DNA of 64,000 nucleotides from Solirubrobacterales bacterium (GTDB lineage: Bacteria; Actinomycetota; Thermoleophilia; Solirubrobacterales; JBBDJG01): the NCBI GenBank assembly GCA_038326655.1, contig JBBQKG010000013.1, positions 8,394-72,393 on the forward strand, written 5' to 3'. Positions 9,119-17,603 of the stretch are shown here, piece by piece. The position numbers were made by a program, and so were the translations under genes. Each line of letters opens with the position of its first letter. Within the stretch, counting starts at the first letter, position 1. The notes beneath the pieces were generated by a model. It did not search any database. It saw nothing but the letters and a program-made list of their open reading frames with translations, and was not told where the DNA came from.

Positions 9119-10176
9119 CAGACCTCGTCGTCGCGGGCGCGGGGATGGCTGGGCTGGTGGCGGCGTCGCAGGCAGCGGCGCGCGGGGCGTCGGTCGAGCT
9201 GTATGAGAAGGCGGAGCGGTGCGGTGGCTCGATGCTGCTGTCGAGCGGGGTGATCTGGCGCCACCGTGACTTCGACCGCTTCCGCTCCGAGTGCCCGGAG
9301 GGTGACGAGGCACTCCAGCGCACGGTCTTCGAGCGCCTCGACGCAGACCTGCGGTGGCTGGAGTCGCTCGGGGCGGAGCCGGCCGAGCGCGGGACGGGCA
9401 ATCCGGCCACCACCGGCGCGCGCTTCGACCCCCGCACGCTGACGGACGCGCTGCTCGCCGCGGCCGGCGGTCGGGTCCGCCTCGGCGAACCGCTCGCGGC
9501 GCTCCCCGACGACATTCCCGTGGTGCTCGCGACGGGCGGCTTCCAGGCCGACCGCGAGGAGGTCCGGCGCCACATCACGCCGGAAGCCGACCGCCTGCTG
9601 CTGCGCGCGACGCCCTGGAGCACCGGCGACGGCCTGCGGTTGGGCCTCGAGGCGGGCGCTCGCACGAGCGCCGGGCTGGACGAGTTCTACGGGCGCAACA
9701 TGCCGGCTCCACCGGCGCGGATCGGCGAGCGCGATTTCATCTCCCTGGCGCAGCTCTACGCTCGGCACGCGACGGTCGCGAACCGTGACGGGGAGGCCTT
9801 CGAGACCCGCACGTGGTCGGAGACCGACGTCGTGCAGTGGACTGCCCGGCAGCCTGGCGCACGGGCCTGGTACACGGTCGGCGAGCCGGCTCTCCGAGCA
9901 CGGGTGCGCGACCGCACGGTGGGGGAGATGGTCGATGCCGCAGAGCGCGCCGGCGCCCCTGTGGCCCGGCGCCGCGGCGAGGTCGTGGTCGAGGTCGTGG
10001 CCGCGATCACGACCACCCTCGGCGGCCTGCGGATCGACGAGCACGCTCATGCCGCCCCGGGCGTGTTCGCGTGCGGCACGGACGCGGGCGGGATCGCGAC
10101 CGGCGGCTATGCCAGTGGCCTCGCGGCCGCGCTCGTCTTCGGGCGGATCGCAGCGGACTCGGCGCTGGGATCGTGA
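9115..10176 (+). CDS. FAD-dependent oxidoreductase (fumarate reductase/succinate dehydrogenase flavoprotein-like)
   Basis: The dinucleotide-binding DLVVAGAGMAGLVAA...VELYEK begins at 9121, upstream of the first canonical start (ATG 9145). I extend the gene to CTG 9115, which overlaps the upstream stop as CTGA. C-terminal GTDAGGI..GGY.SGLA is typical of the family. Confidence 0.75.
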   Translation: MTDLVVAGAGMAGLVAASQAAARGASVELYEKAERCGGSMLLSSGVIWRHRDFDRFRSECPEGDEALQRTVFERLDADLRWLESLGAEPAERGTGNPATTGARFDPRTLTDALLAAAGGRVRLGEPLAALPDDIPVVLATGGFQADREEVRRHITPEADRLLLRATPWSTGDGLRLGLEAGARTSAGLDEFYGRNMPAPPARIGERDFISLAQLYARHATVANRDGEAFETRTWSETDVVQWTARQPGARAWYTVGEPALRARVRDRTVGEMVDAAERAGAPVARRRGEVVVEVVAAITTTLGGLRIDEHAHAAPGVFACGTDAGGIATGGYASGLAAALVFGRIAADSALGS

Positions 10177-11252
10177 GCGCCGCGGTGGAGCATGCGTTCG
10201 GCGGCTCGGAGCCCTTTACGCTCGGCATCGAGGAGGAGCTGCTGCTCGTCGATCGCGAGACGCGACGGCTGGCCCCGGTCGCGGCCGAGGTCCTGAAGGC
10301 GATCGACGCACACGAGCGAGCCGTCTCGCACGAGGTCTATTCGGCCTCGATCGAGCTGCGCTCGCCGCCCCGGCCGGACGCCGGCGACGGAGGGCGCGAG
10401 CTGGCGAGGCTGCGGGCGGCGGCGCGCGACGCGGGCGCGACGCTGATCGGGGCCGGCATCCATCCCGACGGCGCGCTCGGTGACGCTCCGCTCGTCGATC
10501 TCGAGCGCTACCGGCTCGTCGGGGGTGCGATGCGCGGGCTGATGCAGCGCACGCCCGAGTGCGCGCTTCACGTGCACGTCGGAATGCCCGATCCGGAGAC
10601 CGCGGTGCGCGTCTTCAACGGGATCCGGTCGCACCTGCCGCTGCTGCTTGCGCTCAGCGCGAACTCGCCATTCTGGTTCGGCCGGGACTCCGGCTTTGCG
10701 AGCGCCCGCTTCCCGCTCGTGCGCTCGTATCCCCGGCGCGGTGTGCCTCGGGCGTTCCGCGGCCTGTCCGACTACGCCGAGACGATCGCCGCCGTCACCG
10801 CTGCCGGAGAGCTGGCGGACTACACGTTCGTCTGGTGGGACGTCCGCCTGCACCCGAGGCTCGGGACGATCGAGCTCCGCGAGCTCGACGCGCAGTCGCG
10901 GGTGGAGGACGCGACCGCGATCGCAGCCCTGATCCAGGCGCTCGCGCGCTACGAGGCCGAGCACCCGCGCACGCCTGAGCCGGCCGAGGCGATCTCCGAG
11001 TCGAGCTTTCGCGCAAGCCGGGACGGAATCGAGGCGACGCTGTTCCACGAAGGCGAGCAGCGAACCGTGCGGGCGATTGCGCGCCGCACGCTCGAGCGGG
11101 CCGCCCCCTTCGCCCCGGATCAGGCTGTGCTCGAGCCGATCGAGCGCATGCTCGCCGAAGGCGGAGGCGCAGGTCGCCGGCGCGCGGCCTTCGAGCGCGG
11201 CGGGATCGACGCGATGCTCGACGAGCTGGTTTGCGAGACTCGGGAACCGTGA
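10173..11252 (+). CDS. carboxylate-amine ligase, glutamate-cysteine ligase family 2 (YbdK-like)
   Basis: FTLGIEEELLLVD, ECALHVHVG and SANSPFW motifs. GTG 10173 overlaps the upstream stop (GTGA). Confidence 0.85.
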   Translation: MSAAVEHAFGGSEPFTLGIEEELLLVDRETRRLAPVAAEVLKAIDAHERAVSHEVYSASIELRSPPRPDAGDGGRELARLRAAARDAGATLIGAGIHPDGALGDAPLVDLERYRLVGGAMRGLMQRTPECALHVHVGMPDPETAVRVFNGIRSHLPLLLALSANSPFWFGRDSGFASARFPLVRSYPRRGVPRAFRGLSDYAETIAAVTAAGELADYTFVWWDVRLHPRLGTIELRELDAQSRVEDATAIAALIQALARYEAEHPRTPEPAEAISESSFRASRDGIEATLFHEGEQRTVRAIARRTLERAAPFAPDQAVLEPIERMLAEGGGAGRRRAAFERGGIDAMLDELVCETREP

Positions 11253-11254
11253 CG

Positions 11255-12898
11255 ATGCCCGACCTGATCCTCGGCCCCATGTTGCGCTATGTCGACGAGC
11301 ACCAGGCGACGATCTGGGTCGAGACCGACGCACCGTGCGAGCTCGAGGTGCTGGGTCGCCGGGCGCCCACCTTCTGCGTCGAGGGTCACCACTACGCGGT
11401 GCTCGCGATCGAGGGCCTCGAGCCGGGCGGCGTCTACCCCTACGAGGTCACGCTCGACGGCGAGCGCCGCTGGCCGCCGGCCGACGACCCGTTTCCGCCG
11501 CCGGCGATCCGCACGGTCGATCCCGGCGGCACGATCCGAGTCGTGTTCGGCTCCTGCAGGGTCGCTGTCCCGCACGAGCCGCCGTTCACGCTCAGCAAGG
11601 ACGAGGACCCGCGGGGCCGGGAGGTCGATGCGCTCCACGCGCTGGCGCTGCGCATGCTGGAGCGGCCGCCGGAGGAATGGCCGGACCTGCTGCTGCTGAT
11701 CGGGGACCAGGTCTACGTCGACGAGGACGCGCCCGAGACGCGCGCCTTCATCCGCTCGCGGCGCGACACGGGCCGGCCGCCGGGGGACCAGGTGCTCGAC
11801 TACGAGGAGTACTCGCGGCTCTACTGGGAGTCGTGGCGCGCGCCGGCGATCCGGTGGCTGTTCTCGACGGTCGGCGTCGTGATGATGTTCGACGACCACG
11901 ACGTCCACGACGACTGGAACACCTCGATCGCCTGGATCGAGGAGATGCGCGCGACCGATTGGTGGGAGACGCGGATCGAGTCGGCGCTCGCGTCCTACTG
12001 GGTGTATCAGCACCTCGGCAACCTCTCGCCGGCCGAGCTGACCGGGAACGAGGTGCTGCAGCGGGTTCGCAGCGAGCACGACGCCGGGCCGTTCCTGCGG
12101 CGATGGGCGGGCCGGGTCGACCACAGCAGCAACGGCAGCCGCTGGAGCTTCTGCCGGGACCTCGGCGGAGTGCGCATGATCATGTTCGACTCGCGGGAGG
12201 GCCGAGTCGTGGGGACGTCCCCGCGCCGGATGAACGACGACACGGAGTTCGAATGGATTTCGAGCAACGCGACCGGCGACGTCGACCATCTCCTGCTGGT
12301 GGACACGCTTCCGTTTCTGATGGTGCCGTCCTTTCACCACCTCGAAGCGTGGAACGAGGCGGTGTGCGGCGGCGCCTGGGGTGGCTGGGCGAAGGGTTGG
12401 GGGGAGAAGGTGCGGCGCGGTCTCGACCTCGAGCACTGGGCCGCCTTCAACTTCTCCTTCCGCCGCCTCGAGGCCTTGCTGACCGAGATCGCGTCGGGCC
12501 GCCGCGGCCGGCCACCGGCGACGATCGTCGGTCTGGGCGGCGACGTCCATCACGCCTACCTCGCGGAGGTCGCGTTTCCGAAAAGCACGCGCGCCGAGAG
12601 CGCCGTCTACCAGGCGGTCTGCTCGCCGTTTCGCAATCCGCTGGACCGCAAGGAGCGCAGGACCGTGAAGTTCGGCAACACGCCTCTCGCCGCGCGGATC
12701 GCGCACGCGCTGGCGCGCTCGGCACGGGTCCCCGATCCGAAGATCGGGTGGCGGCTCCTGCAGCCGCCCACCTTCGACAACCAGTTCGCGACGCTCGAGC
12801 TCGAGGGACGGTCGGCGCGCCTGCGGATCGAGCGCACCGTCCGCGACGACCCGAACAGCCACCACATCGAGACGTCGCTCGACCGCGAGCTGTCCTAG
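11255..12898 (+). CDS. PhoD-like metallophosphatase (alkaline phosphatase D family)
   Basis: VFGSCR, LIGDQVYVD and FDDHDVHDDWN motifs. ATG 11255 lies 2 nt after the upstream stop. Confidence 0.8.
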   Translation: MPDLILGPMLRYVDEHQATIWVETDAPCELEVLGRRAPTFCVEGHHYAVLAIEGLEPGGVYPYEVTLDGERRWPPADDPFPPPAIRTVDPGGTIRVVFGSCRVAVPHEPPFTLSKDEDPRGREVDALHALALRMLERPPEEWPDLLLLIGDQVYVDEDAPETRAFIRSRRDTGRPPGDQVLDYEEYSRLYWESWRAPAIRWLFSTVGVVMMFDDHDVHDDWNTSIAWIEEMRATDWWETRIESALASYWVYQHLGNLSPAELTGNEVLQRVRSEHDAGPFLRRWAGRVDHSSNGSRWSFCRDLGGVRMIMFDSREGRVVGTSPRRMNDDTEFEWISSNATGDVDHLLLVDTLPFLMVPSFHHLEAWNEAVCGGAWGGWAKGWGEKVRRGLDLEHWAAFNFSFRRLEALLTEIASGRRGRPPATIVGLGGDVHHAYLAEVAFPKSTRAESAVYQAVCSPFRNPLDRKERRTVKFGNTPLAARIAHALARSARVPDPKIGWRLLQPPTFDNQFATLELEGRSARLRIERTVRDDPNSHHIETSLDRELS

Positions 12899-12922
12899 GG
12901 CCGGATCGTCGCCACTACCCTT

Positions 12923-13267
12923 GTGGCGATGGAGGACGAGGGCAACCCGATCTCGTACAGGCTGCTGCCGCGCGGCATTCCGGTCCACACCTCCGACGGC
13001 GAGGAGATCGGTACCGTCGACGAGGTGCTCGCGACCGATCGTGAGGACATCTTCGACGGCATCGTGATCCGCACGCACCGCGGCCGCCGATTCGTGGACG
13101 CGCCGGAGGTAGCACGCCTCACGGACCGCCGCGTGATGCTCTCGATCTCTGCTGCCGAAGCCGCTCAGTTGCCGGAGCCCGAGCGCGGCGCGCCGGCGTT
13201 CGTCGCCGATCCGGCCGCGGGTCGCTGGTCGCGGTTCTTCGGCGGCGGGTGGAAGCCCCGCCGCTAG
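12923..13267 (+). CDS. PRC-barrel-like domain protein
   Basis: 114 aa. GIPVHTSDGEEIGTVDEVL...DGIVIRT...FVDAPEV resembles the PRC-barrel pattern. The start is GTG 12923 or ATG 12929. Confidence 0.5.
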   Translation: MAMEDEGNPISYRLLPRGIPVHTSDGEEIGTVDEVLATDREDIFDGIVIRTHRGRRFVDAPEVARLTDRRVMLSISAAEAAQLPEPERGAPAFVADPAAGRWSRFFGGGWKPRR

Positions 13268-13527
13268 ACGCGCTCGCGCTTCCAGTCCCGGAAGGCGTCG
13301 AGCAGGGCATCCCGCGCGCCGGGCTCGATCGTCTCCTCGGGGAGCCTGCCGAGCGTGCGGATCGTGATCCGCATCTGGTCCAGGTAAATGGTGCAGTAAG
13401 GGCAGCCGTCGAGGTGGCGCTCGAAGCGCACACGGTCACGCCCCGGGAGCGTGCCTTCCAGATACTCGGTGACGAGCTCGACCAGCTCCTGGCAGGTGAT
13501 CTCGCCTGTGCGGCGCCAAAGCCTCAT
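13264..13527 (-). CDS. zinc-binding (ZAS-type) anti-sigma factor, soluble
   Basis: 87 aa with no TM helix. H-x3-C-x2-C motif (HLDGCPYC) plus an upstream Cys (EITCQEL). The ATG overlaps the sigma-factor stop (ATGA). Confidence 0.8.
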   Translation of the reverse strand: MRLWRRTGEITCQELVELVTEYLEGTLPGRDRVRFERHLDGCPYCTIYLDQMRITIRTLGRLPEETIEPGARDALLDAFRDWKRERV

Positions 13528-14168
13528 GTCGTCGGCTCCATTGCGTTCAGGTATCGCTCGATCGCTCCCCTGACCTTCGATCGAGCCCGGTGCAACAACA
13601 CTCTTTGGTTTGTCTCGGTGATGTCCATGGCGTTACGCACCTCTTCGGAGGACCAGCCTTCGACGTCGCGCAGGGTGATCACCTCGCGCTGGGACGGCGG
13701 CAGCGCGTCGATCGCATCGAGCACGGTCTTCCGCGTCTCCCCGGAGAGCAGGCTCTCCTCCGGGCCCTCCCACGGCGTCGGCCCCAGCGCCCATCCGCGC
13801 GCCTGCTCGTGTCCCGGCGGGAAGAAGCGGTCGGGGTCGACCGAGCGCTCCTCGCCGCCGGCGCCCGCGAGCGCGGAGAACGGCACCGAGCGCCGCTCGC
13901 GCCCCCCGCGCGTCTTGGCGATGTTGGTGAGGATCCGGAAGATCCAGGTCTTGAGCGAGGCGCGGCCCTCGAAGCGGTCGATTCCGTTCAGCACCCCGAT
14001 CCAGGTCTCCTGGACGACCTCCTCGGCGACCGCCTGGCTCGGGACATACATCCGCGCGACCCGCAGCAGCAGCGGCCCGAGGTCGTCGACGAGCCGCATG
14101 AAGGCCGTCTGGTCCCCGCGCCGCACCGCGTCTACGAGGAGGCGCTCCTCGCTCAGGTCGTCCGCCAT
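13524..14168 (-). CDS. ECF-type RNA polymerase sigma factor (sigma-70 family)
   Basis: Region 2 (EEVVQETWIGVL, FRILTNIAK) and region 4 (REVITLRDVEGWSSEEV...TETNQRVLLHRAR). Confidence 0.9.
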   Translation of the reverse strand: MADDLSEERLLVDAVRRGDQTAFMRLVDDLGPLLLRVARMYVPSQAVAEEVVQETWIGVLNGIDRFEGRASLKTWIFRILTNIAKTRGGRERRSVPFSALAGAGGEERSVDPDRFFPPGHEQARGWALGPTPWEGPEESLLSGETRKTVLDAIDALPPSQREVITLRDVEGWSSEEVRNAMDITETNQRVLLHRARSKVRGAIERYLNAMEPTT

Positions 14169-14183
14169 CGCCCGGTAACGCTG

Positions 14184-15536
14184 TCACATCGGCGCAGGCA
14201 CCTTCTCGCCAAGCTTCGCAAGCGCGTAGACAAAGGCCTCGGAGAACGCGGGGAAGGGCTGGATCGTGTCCCGCATCACCTCGAGCGGGACCCGGGCCCG
14301 GATCGCCAGCGTCGCCTGCTGCAGCCACTCGCCGGCCTCCGGGCCGAGCGCGTAGGCGCCCGTCAGCCGCGCTCCGTCGGAGACCAGCGTCATGAACCCA
14401 GGCCGCTTGTCGTACTCGCGCGTGTACGTGGCGGTCTTCGGCACGTCCTTCAGCTGGGTTGTGGCCTCGAGCTTGCCCTCGGACTCGCCCACTGCGGCCG
14501 CCTGCGGATCGGTGAACACGACCCTTGGCACGGCGTCGAAGTTAGCGGCGCGGGGGTTCCCGAGGATGTTGGAGGCGACCACGCGGCCCTCGTACTTGCC
14601 GACATAGGTGAGTGGCCAGACGTCGTTCACGTCTCCGATCGCCCAGACGTTCTCGCCGGCGCGCATGTGGTCGTCGACCTCGACGTTGCCGCGCTTGCCG
14701 AGTTCGATCCCGAGCGTCTCCAGGCCGAGCCCGTCCGTGCGGGGGCGGCGCCCGGTCGCGACCAGCAGCTTGTCGCCGCGAAGCTCGGATCCGTCGGGGA
14801 AGGAGACGACGAACTCGTCGCCGTCCTTGCCGACCGCGCTTGCGAGCTGGCCGAAGTGCAGCTCGACGCCGTCCGCGGCGAGCGCCTCGCCGAGTCCGTC
14901 GCCGAGTGCCTTCGGCTCCCGGGGCAGGACGTGGTCCATGCCCTCGACGACCGCGACCGACACGCCCATGCGGGCCAGTGCCTGGGCCATCTCGACGCCG
15001 ACCGGGCCGGCGCCGAGCACGACCAGCCGGTCCGGCAGCTGTTTCAGCCCCGTGGCCTCACGATTGGTCCAGACCCCCTTCGTCTCGCGCAGCCCCGGGA
15101 TCGGCGGGATCACGGGGTCCGACCCAGTCGCGATCACGATGTGGGTGGCGGAGTGAGGCCTGCCGTCGACCTCGACCGTGCCGGGGCCGGCGATGCAGCC
15201 GGCGCCGCGAAGCAGCTCGATACCGTGGTTGGCGAGCCACTCCGCAGCCCCGGTGTCGTCGTAGTCCGACACCATGAAGTCTCGCCAGGCGAGCGCCGCC
15301 CGCGCGTCCACGCCGCCCGTCACGGCCTCACGCGCGCCGGGCGCCTCGCGGGCGCCCTCGAGCGCCTCGCCGGGGCGCAGGAGCGTCTTCGACGGTATGC
15401 AGGCCCAGTACGAGCACTCGCCGCCGACCAGCTCGCGGTCGACGATCGCGACCTTCAGGCCGCCCCCGGCGAGCTCGCCTGCACAGGCCTCTCCCGACGG
15501 CCCGGCCCCGATCACTATCACGTCGTAGTCGCTCAT
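14184..15536 (-). CDS. pyridine nucleotide-disulfide oxidoreductase (dihydrolipoyl dehydrogenase / mycothione-reductase-like family)
   Basis: DVIVIGAGPSGE FAD motif, redox-active GGECSYWACIPSK, second Rossmann LVVLGAGPVGVE. AAGGAG precedes ATG 15536. Confidence 0.85.
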   Translation of the reverse strand: MSDYDVIVIGAGPSGEACAGELAGGGLKVAIVDRELVGGECSYWACIPSKTLLRPGEALEGAREAPGAREAVTGGVDARAALAWRDFMVSDYDDTGAAEWLANHGIELLRGAGCIAGPGTVEVDGRPHSATHIVIATGSDPVIPPIPGLRETKGVWTNREATGLKQLPDRLVVLGAGPVGVEMAQALARMGVSVAVVEGMDHVLPREPKALGDGLGEALAADGVELHFGQLASAVGKDGDEFVVSFPDGSELRGDKLLVATGRRPRTDGLGLETLGIELGKRGNVEVDDHMRAGENVWAIGDVNDVWPLTYVGKYEGRVVASNILGNPRAANFDAVPRVVFTDPQAAAVGESEGKLEATTQLKDVPKTATYTREYDKRPGFMTLVSDGARLTGAYALGPEAGEWLQQATLAIRARVPLEVMRDTIQPFPAFSEAFVYALAKLGEKVPAPM

Positions 15537-15590
15537 TCGTCGCTCCTTTCGATCTCATGTCGCCCCACCCGTCGATCTGTTACGCGTCGA

Positions 15591-16316
15591 TCAGGTTCCT
15601 GTCGGCCCGAAGCGCTCGGTCCTGATCAGCACCGGGTCGTGGCCGAGCGCGACGAGCCCGTCGGCAGCAGCCTCCACGAACGCCGTCGGGCCGCAGATGT
15701 ACGCGCTGCGCAGCTCACCCGGCGGCCACGCGACCGCGTCCAGCATCTCGCGGTCCACGCGCCGCGCGAAGCCCTGCCAGCCAGGAGGCGCCTGGCGGGT
15801 CAGCGTGCGGTACACCTCGACGCCGTCCGTGCCACCGATCCGGGCGAGCTCATCGGCGTAGATGAGGTCGCCGAGCGTGCGCGCCGAGACCAGCAAGCGG
15901 ACCGGCGCCGTGCTCTTCGTGGCGGCGTGGTGGCGCAGCATCGCCATCAGCGGAACGACGCCGGAGCCGCCGCCGATCAGCAGCAGCGGGCCAGCGTCGC
16001 CGGCGCTCCAGACGAACCATCCGCCGATCGGGCCGCGGAGCTCGAGCCGGTCGCCGGGCTCCATCACGTCGACCAGGTAACGCGAGACCTCTCCGTCCTC
16101 GAGCCGCTCGACCGTCAGCGCGAGCGGCGCCTCGCCGGGCGGCGAGGCGATCGAGTAGCTGCGCTCGGCGGAGTAGCCGTCGCCGGCCGTGAGCTTCACG
16201 TCCACGTGCTGGCCGGCCTGGTGCCCCGGCCACTCGTCCATCTCGAAGTCGAGCGTCGTCGCGGTCGCCGTCTCCGGACGCTTCCCGACCAGCGACGCGG
16301 GCTGCCAGTCGGTCAC
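15591..16316 (-). CDS. ferredoxin-NADP reductase-like FAD/NAD(P)-binding oxidoreductase
   Basis: RSYSIAS FAD motif and GGGSGVVP NAD(P) motif. GTG start. Confidence 0.8.
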   Translation of the reverse strand: MTDWQPASLVGKRPETATATTLDFEMDEWPGHQAGQHVDVKLTAGDGYSAERSYSIASPPGEAPLALTVERLEDGEVSRYLVDVMEPGDRLELRGPIGGWFVWSAGDAGPLLLIGGGSGVVPLMAMLRHHAATKSTAPVRLLVSARTLGDLIYADELARIGGTDGVEVYRTLTRQAPPGWQGFARRVDREMLDAVAWPPGELRSAYICGPTAFVEAAADGLVALGHDPVLIRTERFGPTGT

Positions 16317-16323
16317 CGGCTCG

Positions 16324-16941
16324 TTACAGCGGCTCGAGCAGGACGCGGGCCGGGGCGCCGTCCGACCCGACGAGCTTCAGCGGCAGGCAGTAGACCCGGT
16401 ACCGCCCCGGCTCGACGTGACGAAGGTCGAGCCCCTCGAGCGGGACGACGCCGTTCCCGAGCAGCACGCGGTGCGCCGCTTCGTCCCCGATCGAGAGGTA
16501 GTCGATGCCGACCAGCCGCACGCCTCGCGCGACCAGCGCAACCGCGCCGCTCTCCACGAAGCGGATGAAGTCGCGGGTGAAGGTGTCCCGCTCCCAGAGC
16601 AGCGAGTTGGGCGTCTTGAACAGCAGCCGCTCAGCGCCGTCCGGCAGGTCGAGCGTCTCCAGCGCCTCGACCGCGATGTCGGCGTGGAGACTCGTACCGT
16701 CGACCACGTAGGCCTCCCCGATGAGGGCCTCGGGGTCGATCGACTCCGCGCCGGCGCCGCCGTCGATGAAATGCACGGGAGCGTCGACGTGCGTGCCGGT
16801 GTGCACGCCCAGGTCGAGGCGGCTGATGTTGACCGGGTCGCCCGCAGCGATCGACTGCGCCCGCTCCAGGTGGACGCCCGGGTTGCCGTCGTAGACCGGC
16901 ATCCCCTCGCGGATCGGCACGGTGACGTCGATCAAGGTCAC
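16324..16941 (-). CDS. cyclase family protein (kynurenine formamidase-like)
   Basis: HTGTHVDAPVHF metal motif. GTG 16941 overlaps the rpiA stop (GTGA). Confidence 0.8.
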   Translation of the reverse strand: MTLIDVTVPIREGMPVYDGNPGVHLERAQSIAAGDPVNISRLDLGVHTGTHVDAPVHFIDGGAGAESIDPEALIGEAYVVDGTSLHADIAVEALETLDLPDGAERLLFKTPNSLLWERDTFTRDFIRFVESGAVALVARGVRLVGIDYLSIGDEAAHRVLLGNGVVPLEGLDLRHVEPGRYRVYCLPLKLVGSDGAPARVLLEPL

Positions 16942-17603
16942 ATCGTCCGCCTTCGCGCCCCGATGAAGATCTCGCTCACGAGGCTTGGGGGAAACAGACC
17001 GTGCTCGACCACGCCCGGGGTCGCGCCGAGCGCCGCCCCGAGCATCGCGGGGTCGCCGACGGCGCCCCGGTAATCGGCGATCAGGCCGCCGTCCGGAGTC
17101 GGCGGCACGTCGCGCAGCTCCGCCTGCCCGAGCGCTCTCAGGGTCGCCGCGAGCCCGTATCGCATGAGCTCGAGCGGCACCGGTGGGTGGATCGTGTCGA
17201 CCTCCTTGTCGGAGGACGCGATCACGACGAAGCGCTCGGCGGCGGCCGCCACGATCTTCTCGCGCGTGTGTGCGGCGCCGCCGCCCTTGACGAGCCAGCC
17301 CGCAGGGTCGACCTGGTCGGCGCCGTCGATCGCGATGTCGAGCCGGTCCAGGTCGTCGAATGGCTCGACCGGGATGCCGAGCTCCCGGGCGATCGCCTCG
17401 GTCTGAGGTGAGGTCGCGACACAGCGGATCTGAAGCTTTCGCTGGGCCAGCGCGGGCAGGAGGTGACCGACGGTCGAGCCCGTCCCCAGCCCGACCAGCA
17501 TGCCGTTCTCCACGAGCCCGGCCGCGGCCTCGGCGGCCTCGCGCTTCTCGTCTTCGCCCGCATGCACGGCCGCGAAGTTACTGGTTCCGGAGCGCGCGCT
17601 CAA
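16938..17603 (-). CDS. rpiA: ribose-5-phosphate isomerase A
   Basis: GLGTGST, DGADQVD and KGGGAAHTREK motifs. The start is uncertain: 17603 overlaps panE by 26 nt, and GTG 17567 is an alternative. Confidence 0.85.
   Translation of the reverse strand: MSARSGTSNFAAVHAGEDEKREAAEAAAGLVENGMLVGLGTGSTVGHLLPALAQRKLQIRCVATSPQTEAIARELGIPVEPFDDLDRLDIAIDGADQVDPAGWLVKGGGAAHTREKIVAAAAERFVVIASSDKEVDTIHPPVPLELMRYGLAATLRALGQAELRDVPPTPDGGLIADYRGAVGDPAMLGAALGATPGVVEHGLFPPSLVSEIFIGARRRTM

Noticed and set aside
15537-15600. ECF-type promoter (GGAAC -35 on the minus strand) upstream of the disulfide reductase gene.
   Set aside because: I could not find a convincing -10 element (CGT/GTC type) at 16-17-nt spacing. 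It is mentioned only as a weak hint in the ECF finding.
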